Shown piece after piece: positions 1 through 10,748 of a stretch of 64,000 nucleotides of DNA. The DNA is from an uncultured virus (IMG/VR IMGVR_UViG_3300009001_000010) (Duplodnaviria > Heunggongvirae > Uroviricota > Caudoviricetes), in the IMG/VR virus record IMGVR_UViG_3300009001_000010, positions 1 to 64,000 of that record; one strand, given 5' to 3'. Below the pieces are notes generated by a model that was not told the DNA's origin, made no database searches, and saw only the letters and a list, made by a program, of their open reading frames with translations. Made by a program: the position numbers and the translations under genes. Numbering within the stretch: the first letter of the stretch is position 1; every line of letters starts with the position of its first letter.

Positions 1-1
1 A

Positions 2-1666
2 AATAAGTGGTTCAATCATAGACATGATGGATCTTTTGGAGAACCAAGAATTTCTGTTAAAGACCTTGTAGGCAAATATTTAGAGTCTGCAGATTTTGAA
101 GAATCATCTATTGCTGACAATGATTTCCCTATGTATTTACATAGAAAAGGTTATCAAGAAGATAACTCCAGACGTAATGCAAATAATGCAATGCTTGGAG
201 ACATTGTTATGGGACAATCATCTTTTGATGATTTAGATCCTAACAGTAATGTTTTAATTATTGAGGAAGAAGATTTAAGTCACCAAAGCATAAATTTGAA
301 TAGTATAAGTAATAAAATTTTGTTTGGAGAAACAAATTCTTTTATAAGTCAAATAAACGGATGTTTAAATTTAAAAAATAATGCATCTATAAAATTTGGT
401 TTAGATCCAGTAGATGGGTCAAAACAATATATTCGAAATGAAAGAGAAATAAACGATGTAACAGTTACTGACTATTTGCCTAGTGTAAATATTGAAAGTA
501 AATTTGGAGGAATTGAAATTAATTCAAAAAGATTAAAAATAGATACACCGTCTTTATTTCTTCAAAATACTAGAAATACAAAAAGTGGTTTTTATACTAA
601 TTTAAATCTTATTCTTTCAAATATATTAGCTTTAAATACAAAAGAAAAACATATTTATTCTTATTTAATTAATGAATATGCTTCATTAAATAATGAAAAT
701 GATTTTAATAATATTAATTCAAGTAATTTAAATGAAGAAACAATATTAAATACAAGTGAAAAAGAATTACTTACTAATCATAAAATATTTAATAAAATTG
801 AAAGAAATATAGAAGAATACAATTACGAAAAAGTTTTAATTCCTGTTGAATTTGATTCTAATAAAAGAAAATACAATAATTATAAAAGTTATAATAACGA
901 AATATTTAATTTTGAAATTCAAGAAGTTTTTCAAAATATATTTGATGGTAATAATGTTCAGGCGGATTTAATTAATCAAATTGAATCAGATGTTTCAACT
1001 TTATATGGAAATAATATTAGTTTACAAAATGAATTAAATTTACCTGTTTACTATAGAGAAGAAAATAATTACAGTGCAATAAATTTTAATTCAACAACAA
1101 TGAGTAACAATTATAATTATGCAACAATAAAAAATTCTGTCAATGAAAATGAACATAATTTTATAATTGAAGATATATACGATAACAGTATTTATGATAT
1201 TGATTCATTAGAGTATGATTTAAACGAATATTTAAATAATTATAAATTTTCATTTAAAGGAAATTTAAATTTCCAAATCAATAGAATTAATAATGAAAAC
1301 TTTAATATTCAAGAAACATATAATAAAGTTCAATCAAATTGTAATTTGACTTTTTATTTAAAAGACAACACAAATGGAATAGGAAAAATAAATTATAAAT
1401 TATTATATGAATTTAACAGAGAAAATATTTTTTATAAAGTTGATAAAATCAATCACGTAGGTGATCTTAGTGAAGGTCATGAATATGAAACAGATTTTAT
1501 ATCATCTTATTCTCAAGAAATAGGAAACAAAACATTAATTGATTTAAGAACTGCATTAAATTTAAATTTTACTAATGACCCTCACATTGTTTTTATAGAA
1601 GAAAAAATTAAAGGTAAATTCTTATTTTTAAATATAGTTTATTTAAATGAAAATCTTGATAGATAA
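2..1666 (+). CDS. Putative virion structural protein, 5'-partial
   Basis: Frame is open from position 2 (NKWFNHRHDGSFGEP...) into the 511-aa ORF at 131, so the true start is upstream of the window; Asn-rich; first of a contiguous run of large + strand ORFs. Confidence 0.45.
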   Translation, partial: NKWFNHRHDGSFGEPRISVKDLVGKYLESADFEESSIADNDFPMYLHRKGYQEDNSRRNANNAMLGDIVMGQSSFDDLDPNSNVLIIEEEDLSHQSINLNSISNKILFGETNSFISQINGCLNLKNNASIKFGLDPVDGSKQYIRNEREINDVTVTDYLPSVNIESKFGGIEINSKRLKIDTPSLFLQNTRNTKSGFYTNLNLILSNILALNTKEKHIYSYLINEYASLNNENDFNNINSSNLNEETILNTSEKELLTNHKIFNKIERNIEEYNYEKVLIPVEFDSNKRKYNNYKSYNNEIFNFEIQEVFQNIFDGNNVQADLINQIESDVSTLYGNNISLQNELNLPVYYREENNYSAINFNSTTMSNNYNYATIKNSVNENEHNFIIEDIYDNSIYDIDSLEYDLNEYLNNYKFSFKGNLNFQINRINNENFNIQETYNKVQSNCNLTFYLKDNTNGIGKINYKLLYEFNRENIFYKVDKINHVGDLSEGHEYETDFISSYSQEIGNKTLIDLRTALNLNFTNDPHIVFIEEKIKGKFLFLNIVYLNENLDR

Positions 1667-1670
1667 ATAA

Positions 1671-3665
1671 ATGATTAATTTACAATTAATAAATCATCCA
1701 GGTGAACAAGAAACAGAAATTAATATTATTTCTGTAGTAAATTCACATATAGATTCAATTGATTATTCTAAATTTATATCAAACCAAGATGTAGCTTTAG
1801 AAGCAATTGAATTTGAAGAAATTAATTCTAATGATAATTTAGAAATATTAAATCTATCTTGGCAGCACCCTAAAAATAATATTAATTTTTTAAATCAAAT
1901 ATTTAAAGTAAAAACTAAAAGCTTTATTTTACCATATACAAATGTGTTAATTAGTGATCAGTATGAATTTGATATTGAAGGTAATGAAACGCCTTTATTT
2001 TTTAAACATAAGAAAAAATTAAAAGAAGCGCGCATAGAAGTTCGACGCTCAGGAAAAGAGCTTGAAGAATATTATGGTTATAAGTTTATAAATAATTATC
2101 TTTATACTAATTATACAAACCAATATGACTATGATACTGGCAGTTATGTACTTTATTATGTAGTTGGTACAGATCTAGAAGGTAACCCTGTAAACGAATT
2201 ATTAAATGCAGAACCAGCTATAAAAGAAGCCACATGGGAAGATATTGATCTTGATTCTGGAGAGATAAGAAATAATACTTATACTAAAGAAGTATTGCCA
2301 GAAGGTACGTCTTTCAGAATTTCTGATGATGTAAAAAAAGAATGTAGCACAGAGAATAATGAGTCAGAATATTTTATTAAATTAGTAGACCAAAATCTTA
2401 TACAGTTATTATCACCAGACGAGCATTCTATCAAAAACACTTGGAATGTACGCGTATCTAATGGAGCTTTCTGGAGCAATGGTAAAAAATACTCTGTACC
2501 AGAATTTGAAAATCAAAATTTTAATCCTGAATTTGGATTAGTCAAAAAATCTTTTAAAGACTCTTATTTAGTAAATGAAAACATTATTAAATTGGCTTCA
2601 AAAAACATACGTTACAACCCAGTAAATGAATTACATTTAGATCTTTTAATTTATTTAAATGAAGAAATTGTAGAAGCTATTAGTAGCGACCCTAATAAGA
2701 TAGGAGCACGTTATAAAGATTCAGAAATATTCTGGGAAAATAAAATTTTACATGTAGACGAACGCAATGGGTTTGTAGAACTAAATAAAAGTTTAGAATT
2801 AACAAAAGAAATTAAAAGCGATTATTTTTGTTTTGTAGATGATTATTTAATTAAAGAAATTAATTTTAATCCTACAATTAATAAAAACATTATATACAAT
2901 AAATACTTTTTCTATTTAAAACCTAACGTACAAGCTGGGTTTAAAAGTATTGAGTGGTTAATTCTAGATGAAGATAATGTTATTATTGAATGCTCTCAAG
3001 AAAATCTTAAAGTAGAATACAATAATACATTTAATGAAAACACAATCATTAACGAAACTTTAAATACTTTTAAAAATCTATACTGCTACAACTATAATAA
3101 CAATTATGAATATTTAATATTAGGAGAAGTTTTCTTAAAAGAAGATTACTATCTAGATGAAATTAATCAAGCAGAACTATCTCTTAACAATAAAATAAAT
3201 ATTAACTCAAGTGTAAATAGGCAATGGAAACTTTTACAGAGTGAATATGGTTATGGAGAAAAAGGCCAAGCAGTACAAAAGAATAATATTCTGTATTTAA
3301 AAGTACCTAAGATGCTATTAGATACAATGAGCCAAGATGAAATAGACAATGCTTTACGTAGAAAACTTAAAGCTGGAACTGATATTGTAATTGAGTACGA
3401 TATAGAAGAAAGTTTATTAAATATAACTTTACCAGTTGTTAAAAAAGTATCTGTTAATATGAATTGGGAAGGCCCTGGTAATTATAAACTTTATAGAAGT
3501 GACTCTGAAGTAGGTATCAAAGAATTAATTTATGAAAAAGAAAGTATTGAACGAGAAACAGTAGGTTATGTAGACAACAATGTAGAATCAAATAAAAAGT
3601 ACTATTACTGGTCTAGATATAATAATAATGATTTTGGAAGAACTTATGGAGTTGAAGTCAGATGA
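1671..3665 (+). CDS. Putative virion/baseplate-associated protein with a C-terminal Fn3-like beta domain
   Basis: 664-aa ORF; C-terminal W...YKLYRS...YVD.NV...KYYY pattern is Fn3-like; tight coupling to neighbours. Confidence 0.4.
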   Translation: MINLQLINHPGEQETEINIISVVNSHIDSIDYSKFISNQDVALEAIEFEEINSNDNLEILNLSWQHPKNNINFLNQIFKVKTKSFILPYTNVLISDQYEFDIEGNETPLFFKHKKKLKEARIEVRRSGKELEEYYGYKFINNYLYTNYTNQYDYDTGSYVLYYVVGTDLEGNPVNELLNAEPAIKEATWEDIDLDSGEIRNNTYTKEVLPEGTSFRISDDVKKECSTENNESEYFIKLVDQNLIQLLSPDEHSIKNTWNVRVSNGAFWSNGKKYSVPEFENQNFNPEFGLVKKSFKDSYLVNENIIKLASKNIRYNPVNELHLDLLIYLNEEIVEAISSDPNKIGARYKDSEIFWENKILHVDERNGFVELNKSLELTKEIKSDYFCFVDDYLIKEINFNPTINKNIIYNKYFFYLKPNVQAGFKSIEWLILDEDNVIIECSQENLKVEYNNTFNENTIINETLNTFKNLYCYNYNNNYEYLILGEVFLKEDYYLDEINQAELSLNNKININSSVNRQWKLLQSEYGYGEKGQAVQKNNILYLKVPKMLLDTMSQDEIDNALRRKLKAGTDIVIEYDIEESLLNITLPVVKKVSVNMNWEGPGNYKLYRSDSEVGIKELIYEKESIERETVGYVDNNVESNKKYYYWSRYNNNDFGRTYGVEVR

Positions 3666-4117
3666 GTTTTATATTTCAAAAAGCAGACGGCACTCCATTA
3701 AGTCAAAATGATTTAATTGAATCATCAAGTTTGTTGTTAAATGGAGCTGAAGTAGATTTTTATATTTACTCAGATGCTGCTACAACAAATCCAGGGATTT
3801 ATTTGAAAACTTCTAGTTTTTTAGGTGAAATAAACATGCCTGGAAAAGAGTCTGTATATAAAGACTACGCGGACTTATTGCACTGGGGGAGCGACACTAG
3901 TGTAGATGCAGGATTAGAAGTAAAAAGGACTGTAGAAGGCGTAGAAGAGTGGACTAAATTCTCTTTCATACATGGGGCTAGCTTCTCAAATAAAATTAGC
4001 TTAGAGCAAGGTATTTTGGAACAAGAAGGAGTATTTTCCATAAGCTTAAGATATAAATCTTATCCAAATGCAGAAGCTAGAAGATTATTTATAGGAGTCG
4101 AAATAGATGATTCTTGA
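3662..4117 (+). CDS. Hypothetical protein (putative virion)
   Basis: 151-aa ORF with ATGA overlap with the upstream gene. Confidence 0.4.
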   Translation: MSFIFQKADGTPLSQNDLIESSSLLLNGAEVDFYIYSDAATTNPGIYLKTSSFLGEINMPGKESVYKDYADLLHWGSDTSVDAGLEVKRTVEGVEEWTKFSFIHGASFSNKISLEQGILEQEGVFSISLRYKSYPNAEARRLFIGVEIDDS

Positions 4118-5963
4118 TCAATTATATAATTTTGATTTTTTAAAAAGAGAAGCAAGTTCTTTTCGACAAAATTTAAGACATACAAAAGGTTCGACAAGAA
4201 ATGAAATCGAATCTTTTTTGTTTTCTAAAGCTTCAAATATTAACAAGTATTCTTTTTTTAATTTAAAAAGAACAAAACCTATTTCAAGTAATGACTTTGT
4301 AAGAAATATAAACAATTTTAAATATGTGATGTATGTTCTGTTAAAAGAAAATACAGCAATAGAAAATTTATTAGAAGTATTTAAAAATAAGTCTAGCTCT
4401 TTTTTAAAGAGAGCAGATAAAGAAATAATTATTTTAGAAGATCAAATCAAAGAGATTGATTTACAATTAAATTCTAAATACTCAAATGTTAAGTCGTTCT
4501 CTGTTTTTCAAGAAAAAGATTTTGAAGAAACTTATGACTTAATTGATTTAAAAACAAATTTGCGTTTAGAAAAAAAATATCAATGTAGTTATAAAGATGG
4601 GGTAATTAAAATTCCTAGCATAGCTAGTTTAGAAATACTGCCATCTAAAATAGAAATATTAAATGAAAAATCATTTAATAGTGACGCATTAATTTCTTTA
4701 AATAAAGAAACAAATACATCTTTTATATGGAGGGAAGAAAAATTCTTTTCATATATAGTGGGTAAAAAAGAAAACCATGATTATGGAGAACAAATAAAAA
4801 ATAGAGAAGTTCAATTACAATTTGTATGCAGTTTCAATACTGTAAGTAAATTAAATAATTTAAATATTACAATGTGTAGCGCACTACCTGTAAATATAAA
4901 AGAAATATATTATTGGGACAATGAATGGTTATTAATTGAAAACTTAGGAATAAAAGAAACTTATAAAGAAAAAAAGATTTGGTTCGAAACTTTAGAAACT
5001 AAAAAAATAAAAATTGTTTTAGAACAAAGAAAGTATATAGAGCTTTGTAAAAAAGAATCTTTAACAAATAAAGAAAACATAATTAATTCTTTTTCAAAAT
5101 ACTTGTCGTATGTAAACGAAGAAGAAATATTAAAAATATATGATTTTTCTATTCAGTCTTTAAGCTTTAAATATGAAGCTTATAATAAAGTTGGTTTTTA
5201 TAGAGAAGCTAACGAAATACAAGTAAACAATCCCTTAACATTCTCTATTAAAGAAAACTTACTACTAAATACAGAGAAATGTTTTGTAGAAAAAGAAGCT
5301 CATGTAGTACTTTACGGAGACGAAAATAGAAGTGCCTTCAAGCAAGGAACAAAATCTAGTTTAAGAGTAAACTCAATTATTAAAATTCCTAATAGTAATA
5401 AAATACAAACAGAAGTTTTAATACCTATTAAAAATGAAGCAAAGCTTTCGTTCTTTCCAAAAATTAAAAAAGACTCTTTAAATGAAGAGTTACATAATGT
5501 AATTTCAGTACAATTAAATAACGTTGAATTAACAATGTACCAAGACTTCTTAGTATCTATAGATGAAGGAAATACTTGGATAAACCAAGCTATAAGAATC
5601 GGAGAATTAGAAAAACAAATAAAAGAAAAAATTGCAGGGAGTGTTTATATTCAATTTATCAAAAGCCTCAACCCTGAAGACTTAATTACTTGTACATATA
5701 AAATAGACAATTTCTTTTATTTAAATGAAGAAAAAAATATTTTCTTTTCTAATCTTGAAGTAGGTTTTGAAAAAAGTTTAAATAAATCAAGTGGATTTAT
5801 TAGACCAAGATTTATTTTAAGAAATTTTAATTTTGATAATGCAAGTGATATGATTAGCAACTATGTAGCTTTAATAGAAGAACTTAAAGAAGATTCTGAA
5901 AGTTATATAGAGTACGAAACATATAAAGAAAAAGCAGCGGAGAACAATATCAATGGCTTATAA
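4107..5963 (+). CDS. Putative virion structural protein
   Basis: 618-aa ORF; N-terminal helical/coiled-coil segment followed by beta-rich region, same layout as next two genes. Confidence 0.4.
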   Translation: MILDQLYNFDFLKREASSFRQNLRHTKGSTRNEIESFLFSKASNINKYSFFNLKRTKPISSNDFVRNINNFKYVMYVLLKENTAIENLLEVFKNKSSSFLKRADKEIIILEDQIKEIDLQLNSKYSNVKSFSVFQEKDFEETYDLIDLKTNLRLEKKYQCSYKDGVIKIPSIASLEILPSKIEILNEKSFNSDALISLNKETNTSFIWREEKFFSYIVGKKENHDYGEQIKNREVQLQFVCSFNTVSKLNNLNITMCSALPVNIKEIYYWDNEWLLIENLGIKETYKEKKIWFETLETKKIKIVLEQRKYIELCKKESLTNKENIINSFSKYLSYVNEEEILKIYDFSIQSLSFKYEAYNKVGFYREANEIQVNNPLTFSIKENLLLNTEKCFVEKEAHVVLYGDENRSAFKQGTKSSLRVNSIIKIPNSNKIQTEVLIPIKNEAKLSFFPKIKKDSLNEELHNVISVQLNNVELTMYQDFLVSIDEGNTWINQAIRIGELEKQIKEKIAGSVYIQFIKSLNPEDLITCTYKIDNFFYLNEEKNIFFSNLEVGFEKSLNKSSGFIRPRFILRNFNFDNASDMISNYVALIEELKEDSESYIEYETYKEKAAENNINGL

Positions 5964-8748
5964 TGATATCGTTATTAACGAAACTAATAGTTTATTAAAA
6001 AACCTGCTTTCAAAAAAAACAAATTCTGACTTTGCAGAAGAAAATATTAGTAATGAATTTGATTTAATTAATTATGAAATTAAAGAAAAAGATTTAAAAA
6101 AAAGTTTAACTAAAATCAATGCACTAAAACAGCTTGACGCTAATCAATTTAATAAATTAAAAGAGTTAATTGATTTTAAATTAAAAAAGATAAAACTAGA
6201 AAAAGAAAACCTAGTTACTTTTTCACAAGAATATTACAATCAAATAGAAATTAAAAAAATAAATTTAGTTTCAAGTACAAAAGAATTAAGACAGAAAATG
6301 AGTATTCTGTCTGGATTCAGCAATGTTGTAAAATTTGCGTTTGAAGAAAACTTTAATAATTATTTTCAAATTAATACAAATGTAAAAAATTTATTAAATG
6401 TAGATACAAACAGTAATATCTGCACATTGCCAATTGAAGAAAAAACTAAATTAATTGTTAATTCAATTAAGATAAATAAAGAATCAAATTTAATTCCTGG
6501 AAATAATAGAACAGGAGAAAATAAATTAATTTTATCGTTATTAAGCAACGATCAAAATAGTTATTTTGAATGCTTCAAATATGATTCTGGACCGGGAAAA
6601 TTAATAATTTCTGGTGAATTTAAAAAAGAAGAAATTGTAAATCAATTTGAAATTAGCGCTATACCCGTAAATGGAATTGTGTCTTTAGAAATTGAAGATA
6701 TCATATATACAGATGCATTTAATAAAAGCATATCAATTAAAAAACTAATTGATAATAAAGAGCAAAAATTAAATATTAATAGCTTAGAAAATGAAGAAGC
6801 TTTAAATATTTATCATCTGCCTATAAAAGCATACAAATATAAAATTGTTCTAAAAACAAAAGAATTTCAAATTGTAGAAAAACGAAAAGTTTTTAAAATA
6901 AGTTTAAAATCAATTAGCTTTTATAAAAACAAATACAAGGACGAAGGGAACCTTAAATCAAAAAGTATTACTTCTCCTGAATCTATTTATCAGCTACAAG
7001 GTGTAGCAAAAGTATACCCAGATAAAAGTAATTCATATATTCAAAAGCTTCAATTCTCTATTGACGGGGAAGACAGTTATATTAATGATAATTTCGGGAC
7101 GTTTATCAATGGAGAACAAAAACAAGTAAATTATAATTATAGTTTAACTAAAAACTTATCAAATTTAAATGTAAGGAACATTATTAAAAAAGATTTATTT
7201 TTATTAGATATTAAAACTTATTTAAAAAATTATAATAAAAAAGTTTCTCCAATATCTTACAATATAAATGAAGATAAAGAAAATTTCTTAATCTACCTAC
7301 CAGATGTACTAAGAAGAAGTATAGATATAGAGGAAGCTATAAAAATTGGAGCAGCAAGCACTGTAGGGTTGAATAGAATTTTATTACCAAAAATTCTTAG
7401 CAAATTAGATATTAAAAAAGATGAATTGATTATATTTTTTAATAATCAAAAATGGCTCCAAGTAGATCTTTTAGAAGAGGCTCAAACAGAAGGTTTCTTT
7501 TATATAGAAGACAATTTTGAAGCTATTAATGTTAATCTAACTAATGTTAATTATTTTACTTGCAAACTTTTACTAAAACCAAAAATAATGCCTATGTTAA
7601 AAACAACAGAAGGTTATTATATTAAAATAAATGAAAATTTTGATTTAGATAAAAAGAAAATTAAATTAAAAAATTTATCTAAAAGTATTTATGAAAAAGA
7701 AGAATTTTTAGCTAAAGGCGAAACAAGTTTCTTTTTAGAAGAAGAGTATATAGTAGAAGGAAGTTTTAAATTATATTATGAAAACGAAAGTCAATGGATT
7801 GAAGATACTAGTGAAATAGAAATAGACTATTTAACTGGTAGATTATTCACTTTTGAACATGAAGAATACGAAAGAAAAGTAATTTATTCTTATTATAAAG
7901 AATCAGAAATAAAAGATTTTTCTGTATGGAACAAAGAAAATAATTTTTTTGGTTTGTTTATAAATGAAGAAGATATTGCTTTAGAAAATATAAAGCAAAA
8001 CTTAAATGAGTTACCAAATAATTTCTTTTATTTAAGTGATGAAGCCAGATCAAGCATTAATTCAAGTAAATCTTTTGTTTTAAAAGAAGCAGGTATAATA
8101 AAAGGAAGCCTGTCTTTAGAAGAAAATATGTTTGAAGGAGACGATTTTAAAGAAGTAGAATTTGTAAATGGGTATATAGAATTTTTAAATCTTAAAAAAA
8201 TATTAGAAGACCAAGTACCTCAAATAGAAGCTAATTCAGAAAATAAAGTCACATTTACTTTAAGCGAAAAAATTTATAGTACCAATGATGTAGTTGTTTA
8301 TAAAGATGATGAAATTGTATCTACGGAGATAGAATTTGATGCATCTAAAAGAATTTGTACTTTAACTTTAGTAGATGGAGATTTAATAGCTGAGGGATAC
8401 CATTTATCTTATTACTATATTGATGAAGAAAATTATAACGAAGATATTAAAAAATATAGTGTAAATTATGATAAAGGTATACTTTATACATCTGAAAATA
8501 TTTTAAATCCAGAAACAAAAACAATAAATTACGAAGTAAATAGAGTGTTATTAAATTATAGTATAGTGTCTTTAGTTGAAGATTATTTCTTTGAAGAAAA
8601 TGTAATAAAAGTTTACACAGAAAATCTTCCAGAAAGAAACAAGCAAATTAAATTTGGCTTTTATCAAAGTATAGATAATTTTTCTATAGAAGGCCTAGAA
8701 GATTATTATTCTCCATTATTATATAAAATAAAAATTGAAATGAGTTAA
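5953..8748 (+). CDS. Putative virion structural protein
   Basis: 931-aa ORF, GGAG SD upstream; coiled coil then FEENF motif and beta-rich domains. Confidence 0.4.
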   Translation: MAYNDIVINETNSLLKNLLSKKTNSDFAEENISNEFDLINYEIKEKDLKKSLTKINALKQLDANQFNKLKELIDFKLKKIKLEKENLVTFSQEYYNQIEIKKINLVSSTKELRQKMSILSGFSNVVKFAFEENFNNYFQINTNVKNLLNVDTNSNICTLPIEEKTKLIVNSIKINKESNLIPGNNRTGENKLILSLLSNDQNSYFECFKYDSGPGKLIISGEFKKEEIVNQFEISAIPVNGIVSLEIEDIIYTDAFNKSISIKKLIDNKEQKLNINSLENEEALNIYHLPIKAYKYKIVLKTKEFQIVEKRKVFKISLKSISFYKNKYKDEGNLKSKSITSPESIYQLQGVAKVYPDKSNSYIQKLQFSIDGEDSYINDNFGTFINGEQKQVNYNYSLTKNLSNLNVRNIIKKDLFLLDIKTYLKNYNKKVSPISYNINEDKENFLIYLPDVLRRSIDIEEAIKIGAASTVGLNRILLPKILSKLDIKKDELIIFFNNQKWLQVDLLEEAQTEGFFYIEDNFEAINVNLTNVNYFTCKLLLKPKIMPMLKTTEGYYIKINENFDLDKKKIKLKNLSKSIYEKEEFLAKGETSFFLEEEYIVEGSFKLYYENESQWIEDTSEIEIDYLTGRLFTFEHEEYERKVIYSYYKESEIKDFSVWNKENNFFGLFINEEDIALENIKQNLNELPNNFFYLSDEARSSINSSKSFVLKEAGIIKGSLSLEENMFEGDDFKEVEFVNGYIEFLNLKKILEDQVPQIEANSENKVTFTLSEKIYSTNDVVVYKDDEIVSTEIEFDASKRICTLTLVDGDLIAEGYHLSYYYIDEENYNEDIKKYSVNYDKGILYTSENILNPETKTINYEVNRVLLNYSIVSLVEDYFFEENVIKVYTENLPERNKQIKFGFYQSIDNFSIEGLEDYYSPLLYKIKIEMS

Positions 8749-8750
8749 AA

Positions 8751-10748
8751 ATGGAAAACTCAATTAAAAAATATTTATTAAAAAAATATATTGAAGAAAA
8801 TAATAAAGTACCTTCTAGAAATATTTTAAATTTATTATATCAAAATTTTATTAAAGAAAATCCTGAAAGTTTAGAAGTAGGAATTTTTCCAGGAAGCAAA
8901 AGTAGTTTACCTCAAGGTGGAGAAGAATCCTCTAGTGGTAACTTTGAAGAATTAAAAGAAAAAATATTATTAGATTTAGAAGAGTTCGAAAATAAAATAG
9001 AAGAAGAAAAATATTTATTTTATAAATATTTTAATACTTTTACTAATTCATTTAATAAAAGCATTTCTAAAATTAAAAACTTAGAAAGAAATGTTAATAA
9101 AAATTTATTAATTCATTCTAAAGATGATCCGTTTGTATATTCAGTTGTAGAGGATTTTACTGATTATTCAAAAGTAGATTTTGATAATTCAAACATATAT
9201 TTTTTTAACGGAAAAGCTACATTAGGGTTTAAAAAAGTAGCCTCTGATTCTTTTAATCAAAGCGAAATAAAATATTCTTTTAATCATCAAGACAATATGG
9301 GCGCAGGATATAAAGCTTATAATGATATATCTAATGTTTTAAAAGAAGATGGAAAGTACTTTAAAGTAGTTGCATACTCTACAAGCAAAACAGAAACTGT
9401 AAATTTTGTAATTAATATTGACTTTGATGAACCAAAAGAAATCGACACGATTAAATATTTAACTCAAAATGTAAATAAAAATAGCAAGATAGTACAAACT
9501 TGTTTTTGGTCTCCAAATGGAAACAATTTCTACGAAATATTTGAAAGTAAATTAGTAATACAAAACAATTCAAACTATGTAGAAATCAAACAAGAAAAAG
9601 TAAAATCAATTAAATTAGTACTTACTAAAGAAGTGTCTGACTATACAGATGCTGGGAAATACGTTTATTTATTTACTTTAGATTTTATTGGTTATACTGA
9701 AAATTCATATAAAATAAATACTGATTCTACAATGTATTTAGGTCCATATGAAATATTAGATGAAAACGATGAGCCAGTAAACTTTAGTTTAGCAACAGTA
9801 AAGGGAGGTACTTGCTGCATCATACCAGATGAAACTTCTATAGATATGTTTGTATCTAAAGATAATTCTAGTTGGATAAAAGCAGATTTTAAAGGTACTT
9901 CTCAACAAGTAATACAATTTTCTGAATCAGAAGAAAATGCAGAAACATATAACATCTTTAATATTTTAGATGAAAGTTCTGAAAGCAACTGGGTTGCTGA
10001 AAACTATCCAGAAGAATTAAGTTTAAAGAAAAATGAAAGATGTTTAAATGTTTATGTACCAAAAGAAAACAAAGCGCTTATAAATTTTAATTCTTTAAAC
10101 ATACAAAGAAATATTTTAAAAGAAGATAAAGTAAAACTTTATAAGGCTTACTCAGGCTGGGAATATAAAGAAGGGTATTATCACACCAATATTATCTGCA
10201 ATTCAATTGAAGGTATGTATATAGATTTTGGAAATAGAAGTTGTTTTTTAAATGGACAGCAAACCAATGGAAAAACTTTTATTAGTTTTGGAAAGCATTC
10301 TTTTAAAACTTCTAAAGAGAATTGGTTACATATTAAAGACGAACCCAATATAAATTCATTAAAATCTTTAAAAGAAAAAGATAAGCTGTATCCTTTTAAT
10401 CACAAGTATTTGATAGAAGGTTTTGATTACAAAATTGATTTTAGAGGAAATAAAAAGTATAAAAAGAAATTAGATATTTTTTCATTTGATTTAAAATTAC
10501 TTAGTAATTCAAAGTTTGCTTATGAAAATGAGTTAGATGTATTTACTTTGAAAGAAGTTGACGAAAATATTTACATCATAGTAAAATGTAAAGAAATTAG
10601 TGGTGAAGAAAAAATAGAAGACTACAACATCACTTATCGTAAAAACGACACAATCAATTCAAATAAATTATATATTAAAGCAATTTTAAGAAGTGCAAAT
10701 GAAAAAGTAACTCCTAAAATAGATCAAATCCAAGTCAGGGTAATCTAA
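8751..10748 (+). CDS. Putative virion structural protein
   Basis: 665-aa ORF; coiled coil, VVEDF motif, beta-rich domain, C-terminal LRS...TPKIDQIQVRV typical of phage structural beta-sandwich ends. Confidence 0.4.
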   Translation: MENSIKKYLLKKYIEENNKVPSRNILNLLYQNFIKENPESLEVGIFPGSKSSLPQGGEESSSGNFEELKEKILLDLEEFENKIEEEKYLFYKYFNTFTNSFNKSISKIKNLERNVNKNLLIHSKDDPFVYSVVEDFTDYSKVDFDNSNIYFFNGKATLGFKKVASDSFNQSEIKYSFNHQDNMGAGYKAYNDISNVLKEDGKYFKVVAYSTSKTETVNFVINIDFDEPKEIDTIKYLTQNVNKNSKIVQTCFWSPNGNNFYEIFESKLVIQNNSNYVEIKQEKVKSIKLVLTKEVSDYTDAGKYVYLFTLDFIGYTENSYKINTDSTMYLGPYEILDENDEPVNFSLATVKGGTCCIIPDETSIDMFVSKDNSSWIKADFKGTSQQVIQFSESEENAETYNIFNILDESSESNWVAENYPEELSLKKNERCLNVYVPKENKALINFNSLNIQRNILKEDKVKLYKAYSGWEYKEGYYHTNIICNSIEGMYIDFGNRSCFLNGQQTNGKTFISFGKHSFKTSKENWLHIKDEPNINSLKSLKEKDKLYPFNHKYLIEGFDYKIDFRGNKKYKKKLDIFSFDLKLLSNSKFAYENELDVFTLKEVDENIYIIVKCKEISGEEKIEDYNITYRKNDTINSNKLYIKAILRSANEKVTPKIDQIQVRVI

